Shown: positions 27,126-35,945 of the stretch, in pieces
Layout: every line of letters begins with the position of its first letter
How positions within the stretch are numbered: the first letter of the stretch is position 1
Virus record (IMG/VR): IMGVR_UViG_3300017991_000116
Span: 1-62,536 of that record
Source of the DNA: a virus
Taxonomy: Duplodnaviria; Caudoviricetes
Direction: 5' to 3' (one strand)
Length of the DNA: 62,536 nucleotides
The notes under the pieces: model-generated
Seen by the model: the letters and a program-made list of their open reading frames with translations, nothing else
Told to the model about the DNA's origin: nothing
Database searches by the model: none
Translations under genes and position numbers: made by a program

Positions 27126-28220
27126 CTACCCCAAGAGCGTGGACATCGTCGCGTGCCACATCTTGTCGAGGAACTCAGGGTTGGTGAGCATCTCCTGCTC
27201 GATGCGGGACCTGCCTCGGAACTTCTCTCCGAGAGCCATCCAGCTACTGCCGGAACCTTCGACGAGCCCCACCTTCTCGGCCATGCGCACGATGTCGTGC
27301 TCGTTGGAGATGTCACCCATGTTGCGGTGCTCGGTAGGGGACAAGATCATCTTGAAGGCTGCCGCGATCTTCGCCGCCGAAACCTTGTTCTTCTCGACGC
27401 GGAAGTTGAATTCGGCCGTGAGGGGCTTGCCCGTGATCTCGTCCATCTCGTACTTGCTGGCCGACAGCTTGACCTCGGTCGAGCTCGCGAACCCCGGCGC
27501 CATGCCCCCAGGTTGCGTCTCAGGCGAGCCGAACATCACGCCCACCTTCATGCGTACCTGGTTGGTGAAAAAGAGCGTAGGACGGCGTCCTGTCTCGTTG
27601 CCGACCGCATTCAAAGCCGACACGAACTTGCGGACACCCTTGCCGACAGCTCGGGCTTGAATGCCCACCGTCTCCTTCGCCGTGGACTCCGCGATCTCCT
27701 TCGCAGGGGTGAGGAAGGCGATGGAGTCGATGACCAGGATGTCGCAACCGACACGCACGACCGACTCGGCCATGTCGAGGGTCTGCTCCGCGTACTCAGG
27801 GATGGACAGAAGCACGCGACTCGTGTCCACGCCCATCTTCTCGGCCCACGGAAGGTCAAGACCGCCCTCCACGTCGAGGAACACGACAGCAGGGTCGCGG
27901 GGTTTGCCGCACGCGCACAGACTTTGAAGTGCCCAACAGTTGGAGCACCGTTGCTGCGCCTGCGCGATCGTCTTGAGGAAGGTCGTTGTCTTCGCCGCCG
28001 ACTTGTGGCCCCAAACCACGTTGACCCGCCCCACCGGGAAGCCGCCGCCGAGCGCGTAGTCCAACATGAAGATGCCCGTGGGGATGCGCGGGACCTTCTG
28101 CACGCCGAACTCGGAAGCTCGTGTGAAGATGGCCTCTCCGTGCTGCTTCCGGATCTTCTTGACCAGGTCACTCGACAGCAGCGCCTCGAGGGGGCGTTCG
28201 ATCTTCGGCGCCTTCGGCAT
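27126..28220 (-). CDS. recA: RecA recombinase
   Basis: IPTG..LDYALGGGFPVGR, GHKSAAKTT, VIDSIA, TNQVRMKVGVMFGSPETQPGG. Confidence 0.95.
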   Translation of the reverse strand: MPKAPKIERPLEALLSSDLVKKIRKQHGEAIFTRASEFGVQKVPRIPTGIFMLDYALGGGFPVGRVNVVWGHKSAAKTTTFLKTIAQAQQRCSNCWALQSLCACGKPRDPAVVFLDVEGGLDLPWAEKMGVDTSRVLLSIPEYAEQTLDMAESVVRVGCDILVIDSIAFLTPAKEIAESTAKETVGIQARAVGKGVRKFVSALNAVGNETGRRPTLFFTNQVRMKVGVMFGSPETQPGGMAPGFASSTEVKLSASKYEMDEITGKPLTAEFNFRVEKNKVSAAKIAAAFKMILSPTEHRNMGDISNEHDIVRMAEKVGLVEGSGSSWMALGEKFRGRSRIEQEMLTNPEFLDKMWHATMSTLLG

Positions 28221-28558
28221 CAGAACAAGTCCTTCTTCTTGCCCATGATCTTCTTCTTCTCGCCCACGAGGCGGTCCTCGACGAACTGGCGAGCGAAGGT
28301 GTAGGCGCCTTCGACCTCTTCCTGGTAGCAGGGGACGTTGATGCTCACGTCGAGCCGGGCGCTCTCGTAGTTGCCCATGTTGATGGTGAGCCCGAGGCTC
28401 ACGCCGACCTGGGCGGGAGGCGTCACGAACTGACGCACTTCGAGGAATTCAGTCTCCTCGTCGATCGGGCCTTCGGCCTTGTTCATGCCCGTCTTGTTGA
28501 ACTGCCTGCGGACCGTCACCGTGGGGTGGCCTACCGTCTGCTTCTTGTCGTCACTCAT
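28220..28558 (-). CDS. Hypothetical phage protein
   Basis: Start MSDDKKQ; GLTINMGNYESARLDV motif. Confidence 0.6.
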   Translation of the reverse strand: MSDDKKQTVGHPTVTVRRQFNKTGMNKAEGPIDEETEFLEVRQFVTPPAQVGVSLGLTINMGNYESARLDVSINVPCYQEEVEGAYTFARQFVEDRLVGEKKKIMGKKKDLF

Positions 28559-29370
28559 GTCTTGTCCTCCAACCTCTTCACAAGCTCGGCCCCGATCACA
28601 CCGAGAGCCTTCCAGCGCTTGTGAACGTCTTTGAAAAATGCCTGCCAGTCGTCGCCGCGCATGTCGTCTCCGTGCTTGTCGAGAGCAGTCTTGACCGCTT
28701 CGATCATCGGGAGCGAATAAAGGCGGTACCTCGTCTTCGTCGCGCGGAAAGGTGTCGGGGGAAGGGCGCCTCGGCTCTCCATCTGTTCGACCGTCATCAC
28801 GGTGCGGTCGATGGCGGTAGCGAGCACGCCGATGCGGAACAGCTTCATCTTGACGACCTTGCCGTCCGCACGCTTCACCTCCCACGTGTAGTCCCGAGGG
28901 GTGTACTTGCGCCGAGACCGCTGAGGCTGAAGCCGCCCCTGCTTGATCATCAGTTCGCGAATCTGTTCGACCTGGTCTGCCGTGTACAGACGATCGCCCT
29001 TGGTGTTGCGCAGGGGCGTCTCGGGCAGCACGCCGCGTCGTTCCCACAAGCGGACGGCTTGAACGGAGCAACCGAGGACTCGGGCCAGCGCACCGATCGT
29101 GAACAGGGTTTCCTTGACGGTTCCCTTCTTCGTCTTGATCGTCGCCTCGACCACGCGATAGGGCTGCTCGGCGATGCGGACCTTCTTCGCTTCCCGCTCC
29201 TTCGCCTGCTCCTGCGACTTCTCCTCCCTCGCCTTGCGACGACGCTCTCGGTTGCCCTTGAGCACCCGTGCCTTGTACTCGGGATCGGAATGGTAGCGGT
29301 CACGGCGGCTCTTGTTGAGCTCCTCGCCGTTCTCGTCGTACCAAGCCTTGAAATCGAACTCTCCGCCCAT
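28555..29370 (-). CDS. Tandem MerR-like HTH regulator
   Basis: FTIGALARVLG...VRLWERRG...RLYT and a second FRIGVLA...RLYS. Confidence 0.75.
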   Translation of the reverse strand: MGGEFDFKAWYDENGEELNKSRRDRYHSDPEYKARVLKGNRERRRKAREEKSQEQAKEREAKKVRIAEQPYRVVEATIKTKKGTVKETLFTIGALARVLGCSVQAVRLWERRGVLPETPLRNTKGDRLYTADQVEQIRELMIKQGRLQPQRSRRKYTPRDYTWEVKRADGKVVKMKLFRIGVLATAIDRTVMTVEQMESRGALPPTPFRATKTRYRLYSLPMIEAVKTALDKHGDDMRGDDWQAFFKDVHKRWKALGVIGAELVKRLEDKT

Positions 29371-29376
29371 GTTGAA

Positions 29377-29404
29377 AAGATAACAGTTGTTTGGTGATTG
29401 TCAA
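29377..29404 (-). promoter_or_regulatory. Sigma70-like promoter, leaderless
   Basis: TTGACA-16-TATCTT, ATG 6 nt downstream. Confidence 0.7.
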
Positions 29405-30741
29405 GTGACTCGTCGGTAGAGCCTGTCACGGTTGTCGGCAGAGGACCGGAAGATCTTGATGTTGTCGTCGCGGAAGTCCACCACGATCGGGTCCTTTTTG
29501 CCTGGATGTGGTCGCTGGATGCGCCCCACGGCTTGCTCCACATCGCTGAGCGGCGTGGTCAACAATAACGTGTCCAGAGCCGGGATGTCGAGCCCTTCCG
29601 AAGCGAACTGGGAGGTGGCAAAGATGACCTGCGCCTCCGCAGCTTCCTTGCGTTGCTCCTCCTTCTGACCGCCCACGTAGAAGCCGGTCGTCTTCGGGTC
29701 GTCGGGGAATTTCTTCAACCACTCCTTCGTGAACATCTCCTCGAGCATGTGAAGGTGCTGGAGACGCTCGCTCAAGACGAGAGGCTTGCGGCCCGCTTCG
29801 ACGGCACGAACGAGTTGGTCGACGATGGAAGCGTTGCGTTGCCGGCTGTTGACCAGGAACCGGATGACCAGGGTGCGCGGTGCGAGGGTGGGGTTGAACT
29901 TGTCGGTCTTGACGAGCTTGAAGGTGGTCCAGACCCGCTTCACCTTGACCTTCAGGCGCTGCTCAGTGGCTCCGAAGACGACGTTGCCGATGTGGTAGAG
30001 GAAGACGTTGTCGGCGCCGTCCTTGCGCCTTGGGGTCGCGCTAACGCCCAGTCTCCACCGGGCCGAGAACTTCGCAGGCACCGGGCTCCACGTCTCGGCG
30101 CCGATGCGGTGGACCTCGTCGGTCACGAAAAGCTGAGGGTACAGGTAGAGCCCCGGTGGGTAGACACGCTGCGAGAGACTCTGCACCATCGCCAAGACGA
30201 TGTGCCGGTCCACGTAGTCGCACGTGTCGCCTTGCACGAGCCCGATGGATGCCTCGGGGAGGAACTGCTGAATGCGCTCCTTCCACTGGTTCATCAGGAA
30301 CTCCTTGTGCACCACGACGATCGTCGGACACGAGAGCCTCGCGATGATGGCGCACACGGCGACCGTCTTGCCCCACCCTGGTGCAGCTCGGACGATACCG
30401 CCGAGCTCCCCACCTTCGAAGTCGCCCACCACCTTCGCGACGCCCGCAGCCTGCTCGGTCCGAAGCTGCCCCGCGAACTCGAGCGGTTCGTCGAACGTCT
30501 CTCGCTCCGAGTAGTTGTAGATGATCTCGTGCTTCTGCTTGGCGTTGTTCAGGAAGAACTGGCGCGGGACGCCTAGGTGCTGGTCTGTCTCCCGCCACAG
30601 TTCGATGGGCTCCGGGTCGTCTCCGGGGAAGTCCCCCAGCTTGCGAGGCTGGATGGTCAGGGCCTCCTTGATCGACAGAGTTTGGGTGGGGGTGAGCTCT
30701 TCCTTCAGAAGCCACGCGTACCTGTCGATCACGACCTTCAT
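29401..30741 (-). CDS. SF2 DExH helicase (UvsW/XPB-like)
   Basis: AAPGWGKT, DEVH, SAT, EGLDIP, QAVGRIQR. Confidence 0.93.
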   Translation of the reverse strand: MKVVIDRYAWLLKEELTPTQTLSIKEALTIQPRKLGDFPGDDPEPIELWRETDQHLGVPRQFFLNNAKQKHEIIYNYSERETFDEPLEFAGQLRTEQAAGVAKVVGDFEGGELGGIVRAAPGWGKTVAVCAIIARLSCPTIVVVHKEFLMNQWKERIQQFLPEASIGLVQGDTCDYVDRHIVLAMVQSLSQRVYPPGLYLYPQLFVTDEVHRIGAETWSPVPAKFSARWRLGVSATPRRKDGADNVFLYHIGNVVFGATEQRLKVKVKRVWTTFKLVKTDKFNPTLAPRTLVIRFLVNSRQRNASIVDQLVRAVEAGRKPLVLSERLQHLHMLEEMFTKEWLKKFPDDPKTTGFYVGGQKEEQRKEAAEAQVIFATSQFASEGLDIPALDTLLLTTPLSDVEQAVGRIQRPHPGKKDPIVVDFRDDNIKIFRSSADNRDRLYRRVT

Positions 30742-31478
30742 CTACGAATCCTGACTGCTTCGGGGAACAAGCGGAGCATCGCGACACCCGCTTGCTCGAG
30801 GAGGTGGTCCAAGTCCTTGGTGTTGCGGATGACGAAGTCGAACTCGTCGGGGTCCAGGTCTCGCTCGGAGTCGTGTTTGAGCCCCTCGCTCTCGAGGGAG
30901 GTGTCACGGCCCAAGATGATGGCGACCTTGCCGCCCTTCTCTTTGATGCCGTCAATCTCGTTGCCGAACCGCACGTCAGGGAAGACGACTCCGGGACACC
31001 GGATGATGGGGTACTCGTCCTGCACGAACAAGCCCTTCTTCGGGTCGTAGCCCATACACGGTGCCTCGGGATAGGGCTTCACGAGCAGTTGCTCCGCGAC
31101 GTCGAGAGCGTACTGCACCCACGTGTTGTAGAAGCACCCGCGCCCCCACTCGGAACCGAGCTGTTGCAGTGCGTGCCTGGGAGTCAGGTAGACATCCTCG
31201 ACCGGGCTAGGTGCGTCGATGCGCTTGCCGTCGTCGGTCCAACCGACGAGGTGGGAACCGAGGGAGCCCTGCCGCTGCCGGACGTACCGCTTGTCCGGAG
31301 CGTTGCGGCTCTCGCTGGGGCCCCACAACTGATCGTCAGTGAACCGGTAGACGTCCTTGCAAATGCGCTTGAGCGGGTCGCCGAAAGCCACGGGGGTCCA
31401 GAGGAAGGCATCTTGGATGGCCTTCGCCACGGTGCTCTTGCCGCTGCCGGCCTTACCGGCGATGCCGAGAAGGTTCAT
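30738..31478 (-). CDS. Deoxynucleoside monophosphate kinase
   Basis: GKAGSGKS, FGDPLK, LQQLGSEWGR, DVRFGNE, HDSE. Confidence 0.88.
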   Translation of the reverse strand: MNLLGIAGKAGSGKSTVAKAIQDAFLWTPVAFGDPLKRICKDVYRFTDDQLWGPSESRNAPDKRYVRQRQGSLGSHLVGWTDDGKRIDAPSPVEDVYLTPRHALQQLGSEWGRGCFYNTWVQYALDVAEQLLVKPYPEAPCMGYDPKKGLFVQDEYPIIRCPGVVFPDVRFGNEIDGIKEKGGKVAIILGRDTSLESEGLKHDSERDLDPDEFDFVIRNTKDLDHLLEQAGVAMLRLFPEAVRIRR

Positions 31479-31678
31479 CCGATACCCTTGGTCCTGTCGC
31501 TGTCTTGGAAGTCGAGCTCCGCTTGAGCCTGCGCCGGCCAGTCCTTGGGGGGCAGGTCATCACGGTTCTTCGCGAACCACTGGAGAGCGACCTTCCTTCG
31601 ACGTGAGGTGCGATCCTCGAGGATCGCTTCCATCTGCCCCTTGCCGATGTGCACTACCGCGAAAACTGGCTTGCTCAT
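31475..31678 (-). CDS. Hypothetical protein
   Basis: Start MSKPVF with GGGAG RBS. Confidence 0.5.
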   Translation of the reverse strand: MSKPVFAVVHIGKGQMEAILEDRTSRRRKVALQWFAKNRDDLPPKDWPAQAQAELDFQDSDRTKGIG

Positions 31679-31689
31679 GGGAGTCTCCC

Positions 31690-31754
31690 AAAAAACAACC
31701 CGCCCCGGCTGCTTCGGGGAAAGGGGGGGGGTCCTCCGCAACCGGGACGGGCCG
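31690..31754 (-). terminator. Terminator-like hairpin with C-rich loop after the SSB gene
   Basis: 17-bp stem CGGCCCGTCCCGGTTGC/GCAGCCGGGGCGGGTTG, loop containing C9, then T6. Confidence 0.6.
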
Positions 31755-31770
31755 AGTCTGTTGTCGTCGG

Positions 31771-32565
31771 TCAGAAGGGGACGTCCTCTTCCTTCCCCCC
31801 GGCGCCCCCGGAACCTCCACCGCTGTTGTCGTCGGTGTTGCCGAGCGCTTCGTCGCGGCTCACGCCGCCGAGCAACTCGCGAACGTAGGCGTTGCCTCGC
31901 GGCTGCAAGACCTCCATGTAGTTGAAGGGGACGACACGCCGAATCAGCTTGCCCTCGGTGTCGAACTCGAGCTGGAACACCTTCTTCAGAAGGGCCATGG
32001 CGTTCTCGTCCTGCTCGGCCTTGTCCCACAAGTCGCTCAGCTTCTTGCCCTTGTAGTTGGCGAGCTCGAACAGCTTGTCCTCGTCCGTGACCGGTCCGTC
32101 GAATTCCCACTCGTCACCGACAGCGGGCTTCTTGTCGTCCTCACGATGGACCTTCCACTTGGTCATGATGAGGGAGCCCTTGTCTTCCTTCTTGCGCTTC
32201 CACTTCTTGAGCGTGCCGACCTTCCCACCTACGAGCTTCACCTCGTACTGGTACTTGTTGCCCTTCTTGTCGACGTTGAGCGTGCAGTCCACCATCGTCA
32301 GGTAGCCCGTGTAGGCTCGGGACTTCTCGCCGAGTCGCGTGCAGCTCTCGCACGTGTCCTCGAATCCCTGGTTGCACGTGTGGTGGTTGCGCCACGAGCC
32401 GTTGAGCTTGGCGTTGTGCTCCTTGATGCAGAAGGCTTCGTCGTCGATCATCACAAGCGCGCGGCTGTTACCGGCGGGAATCCACAACCGGTTCGGCCCC
32501 TGCATCGCCTGGATGCGTTGCTCTTCTTGCGCCACCCCATCATACCCAGTGTTGTACCAATTCAT
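31771..32565 (-). CDS. Phage SSB (gp32-like)
   Basis: Zn ligands H...C...CxxC, Gly-rich acidic tail ending EEDVPF; own promoter. Confidence 0.75.
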   Translation of the reverse strand: MNWYNTGYDGVAQEEQRIQAMQGPNRLWIPAGNSRALVMIDDEAFCIKEHNAKLNGSWRNHHTCNQGFEDTCESCTRLGEKSRAYTGYLTMVDCTLNVDKKGNKYQYEVKLVGGKVGTLKKWKRKKEDKGSLIMTKWKVHREDDKKPAVGDEWEFDGPVTDEDKLFELANYKGKKLSDLWDKAEQDENAMALLKKVFQLEFDTEGKLIRRVVPFNYMEVLQPRGNAYVRELLGGVSRDEALGNTDDNSGGGSGGAGGKEEDVPF

Positions 32566-32625
32566 GGCATCTCCTCGGATCAGCGATCCTCTGTTGGTTC
32601 CTAGTGACCCACGATGGGCGTCACT

Positions 32626-33696
32626 TCAGCCAGGATAACAATCAGCCTCGTGGTTGTCAACCGAAAGAATCTCTTCCAGTTCCTCATCGTCGTACTCGTC
32701 AGGGTCGCGCCCCTCATACACGGAAGCGACGTGGACGGGTAGCCTTCCCTTGAGCCTGGCTTCCCATTTCGCGGCGGCCTCGCCACCGGCCGTGTCGCCG
32801 TCCGGAACGATGATGACCTCGCTCAGGAGCTCGACGATCTTGTCGGCCTGGATGGCACTCAGGTGACTGCCCATCACCGCGACCGCGTTCGGGTAGCCTG
32901 CCTGCCTCAAGTAGATGGCGTCGAAGTGCCCTTCAACCAGGTAGCCGAGCTGGCCCTTCTGCACGAGGTGCTCGCCGAACAGGAAGTTGTCTCGCTTGAA
33001 ACCCGAACCGTGCATGAACTTCGGGAGCTGCTCCGGTATCCACTCCTGCGCCACCTTGTCGAAGTAGTCCAGAGCTCGCCCCGACAGTCCGACCAGCTTG
33101 CCGTTCATGTCGCGTACGGGGACCACCACGCGCCTCGCGTGCGGTTGCCATCCGAGTTCCCATAACTGGACCGAAAGGGGCGTCAGACCCCGCCTGGGGC
33201 CGAAGAGGTACGCCTCCGCTGCCGGTGCCATCTCGCGGAACCCGAGCAGGACTTCCTCGGGGATGATGTCGTACTCGAGTTGGTCGATCGGACGGCGGAG
33301 CGGCTCGGGGTTGCTCGAGGCCCAGTACGAGCTCCGGGCGAGTCTCGAGCGCTGCGCCTCCGTGTCTTTGGAAAACTCCTCTTTCGCCTCGAGCTCGGCG
33401 AGACTGGGGCCGTCCTTGCCCACGAGGTCTCCCGCAGCTCGGAACCAGTTGCCTTTGCCCCGGTACCGGGCGAGCCGCCACACGAGCTGGCGCATGTCTC
33501 CCGTGATGCCGCAGGAGTGACAGAAAAACCGGCTCTCGCCATCCGACACGCGGATGCCGAAGGACGGACGACGGTCGCGACCCTTCTGGTGCCTGACCGA
33601 TGCGAAGGGACACGAGATGTTCAACCACTCCCGACTCGGTTTGATCTCGCTTGCCCCCAGGATGTACAGCAGCCTCTCGATGTCCCCTTCCCTCAT
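32626..33696 (-). CDS. dnaG: DNA primase (Zn-binding + TOPRIM)
   Basis: CPF..H...PSF...FCHSC; VEGHFD; DGDTAG; DPD. Confidence 0.9.
   Translation of the reverse strand: MREGDIERLLYILGASEIKPSREWLNISCPFASVRHQKGRDRRPSFGIRVSDGESRFFCHSCGITGDMRQLVWRLARYRGKGNWFRAAGDLVGKDGPSLAELEAKEEFSKDTEAQRSRLARSSYWASSNPEPLRRPIDQLEYDIIPEEVLLGFREMAPAAEAYLFGPRRGLTPLSVQLWELGWQPHARRVVVPVRDMNGKLVGLSGRALDYFDKVAQEWIPEQLPKFMHGSGFKRDNFLFGEHLVQKGQLGYLVEGHFDAIYLRQAGYPNAVAVMGSHLSAIQADKIVELLSEVIIVPDGDTAGGEAAAKWEARLKGRLPVHVASVYEGRDPDEYDDEELEEILSVDNHEADCYPG
32632..32660 (-). promoter_or_regulatory. Sigma70-like promoter for SSB
   Basis: TTGACA-17-TATCCT, extended -10 TG. Confidence 0.7.
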
Positions 33697-34001
33697 GTGC
33701 CTTTGTCTCCCACTATCGTCTTGCCGGCCGGCTCGGGCTGTTGAACCGACTCGAACAACTTGTCGAACGTCATTGATTTACGGAGACCGCCGCTCTCGCG
33801 GAGGTGGGTCTGGTTCTTCTTGACTCCCTTCGACGTGAGCCGGATGGAGTTTGCGTCTCCCTGGTCGGCGCCACGGTGCAGGTAGCCCCACTCCATCAGG
33901 CGTGCTCGAGCAATCTCGAGGGCCACGTCGAAGCTGTAGCCCTTCTTCATGATCGCAACCGTCATGTGCTTGACGATGACGGGTACGGTGTTGCGGGCCA
34001 T
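33693..34001 (-). CDS. Hypothetical protein
   Basis: Coupled between helicase and primase. Confidence 0.55.
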   Translation of the reverse strand: MARNTVPVIVKHMTVAIMKKGYSFDVALEIARARLMEWGYLHRGADQGDANSIRLTSKGVKKNQTHLRESGGLRKSMTFDKLFESVQQPEPAGKTIVGDKGT

Positions 34002-35290
34002 CAGAACGGGACCTCGGCGCTCTTGTTGGAGTCGATGCCCGTGCCGAAGTCGTCGTCCGCGTCAGAGCCCGACTGGGGGCCTGCCTTCGGGAGCTCGGTG
34101 AAGTCGGAGTGGTCGATGTCCCAGTTGATCTCGAACTCCTCGCCCTCGCCCTCCCGAACCTTCAGCGGCTTGAGAATCATCCTGCGGTCGCGCTTCATGT
34201 CTTCCGTCTGGATGAGCCCGTAAATCAAGTCGGCGTTCCATGACGCGACGTCGGTCAGTGCGATCTTCTCGACCTGCACGGTGCTGGCCGAGTTGGCCTT
34301 CACCTCACGGTTGAACTGCATCGTCACGACGTTGGGGCACTCGCTGCGCTTGCACACACGCTTGAGCTCGTTGAAGGCTTCGGCGGCGCGCTCGATGCGG
34401 TTGGCGCCCTGCGTCTTCAGCAGGTAGGCGCCGTCGAGAATCGACAGGGCGGGGTTGGCCTCCTTGATGGCTGCCTCGTAGCTCTCCACCCGGAAGTCGA
34501 AGTCGCCGCCGATCACGTAGAGCCCCTCGGAGTCCATGATCTCCTTGATGCCCTTGCGGAACTTGATCTCTTCGAACGCGTCGAGCCGGCCGAGACGGAT
34601 GTCGCGGTAGGGGAGTTTGAAGTGTAGCGCCGCGAACCGCATCGCAATCCGCATCTTCGACATCTCGGTCGTGCCGAACAGGACACGGTGCCCCGACTTC
34701 CAGGCGAAGTGCCCGAGCAAGCTGGCCGTCCACGTCTTGCCGATGCCCACTCGAGCAACGAATAGCGCGAGGTCTTCCGGCCAGAAGCCCAACGTCTCCT
34801 CGTTGACGGTCGGCCACGGTGTCAGCACGCCTTTCTCGCCGCTCTTCACCCGGTCGTAGTAGGACAGGACGTCGCCGAACAGACGAGGAATCGAGTCGAT
34901 GCGAGAGCTGCCCAGCGTGTGGTCCTTGCGCACGTCCTGAAGGAGTTTCTCCACGAGGTCGAGCGCTTCTCGAGGCTGCGCTTCTCCCAGCTTCGCGATG
35001 ATGCCGTCCGCGCCCTTCTTCAGGTCCAGGTGCAGAGCGCGGTTGAGCACCTCCGTGCCGAAGAAGGTTGCCGGCTCCTTGACTGGCTCGAGCGGGACTC
35101 CGAACTTGGCCTGGATCAGTTCCGTTGACGGGACCTTGCCGTGCTGGGCGACGAATTCGACGACGAAGCCGAACAGCTTCTTCCCCTCTCCCTCGAGCGA
35201 GTCGTGCTGGACTCCGAGCTCCTGTACGTTGCGCAGGGCATCCGGTCCCTCCGCGATCACAGCCGAAACTAGCGCCAAGTCGAGGTCCAC
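34001..35290 (-). CDS. dnaB: Replicative DnaB-like helicase
   Basis: ARVGIGKT, TTEMS, ILDGAYLL, MQFNR, KVREG. Confidence 0.9.
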   Translation of the reverse strand: MDLDLALVSAVIAEGPDALRNVQELGVQHDSLEGEGKKLFGFVVEFVAQHGKVPSTELIQAKFGVPLEPVKEPATFFGTEVLNRALHLDLKKGADGIIAKLGEAQPREALDLVEKLLQDVRKDHTLGSSRIDSIPRLFGDVLSYYDRVKSGEKGVLTPWPTVNEETLGFWPEDLALFVARVGIGKTWTASLLGHFAWKSGHRVLFGTTEMSKMRIAMRFAALHFKLPYRDIRLGRLDAFEEIKFRKGIKEIMDSEGLYVIGGDFDFRVESYEAAIKEANPALSILDGAYLLKTQGANRIERAAEAFNELKRVCKRSECPNVVTMQFNREVKANSASTVQVEKIALTDVASWNADLIYGLIQTEDMKRDRRMILKPLKVREGEGEEFEINWDIDHSDFTELPKAGPQSGSDADDDFGTGIDSNKSAEVPF

Positions 35291-35317
35291 TGCACTCGTA
35301 CTCCCCTCTGAGAACGG

Positions 35318-35938
35318 TCAGCCGTCGCCCAGGATCATCTTCTTCAGATCGTTGTTCTTCTCGCAACGCTGGTCGGGCCCGTTCACCGGGAGCATGACCA
35401 GGTAGTTCTGTGTTGCTTCGAAGAACCCTTTCATCGCCTTGCGAAGCCCCATCACGTCCATGCGGGTGGTCACAAGCGTCGCGTGACGATGCGAACCCCG
35501 GAACGCTACGAGCTCCTCGATGGCGCGTGAACCGAAGAACCTCTCCTTGCCGTCATCTTCGCAGAGCCCGTCGAGCACGAGCACGTCCACGGTACGGCAG
35601 CGGTCGAGGATGGAGAGCTCCTCGGAGAACATCACTCGGTTCCGGATGCATTCGCGCAGTTCCCAGACCGAGATGAAGTAGGTCGTGTAGCCTCTCGAGC
35701 GGGCCTCCTTCAGGACGAGCGATCCGATGCAGGTCTTGCCTACGCCGGTCGGTCCACTCAGGATCATGCCTGCTCCTCGAGGAAGCATGTCGTCGATGCG
35801 AATCAGGTACCGTTCGATGACGTCGCGCACGCTCTCCGGAACCGACTGAACCTTCGTAGTCCACAGTTCGCGAGGGAGGTTCATCCTTTCGAAATCCTCC
35901 CTGTCTAGAGTCCGTCGCAAGCGTCGCACCTGATTCAT
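35318..35938 (-). CDS. DnaC/IstB-like helicase loader ATPase
   Basis: ILSGPTGVGKT, VDVLVLDGL, between initiator and DnaB. Confidence 0.8.
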   Translation of the reverse strand: MNQVRRLRRTLDREDFERMNLPRELWTTKVQSVPESVRDVIERYLIRIDDMLPRGAGMILSGPTGVGKTCIGSLVLKEARSRGYTTYFISVWELRECIRNRVMFSEELSILDRCRTVDVLVLDGLCEDDGKERFFGSRAIEELVAFRGSHRHATLVTTRMDVMGLRKAMKGFFEATQNYLVMLPVNGPDQRCEKNNDLKKMILGDG

Positions 35939-35945
35939 CCTCGTC

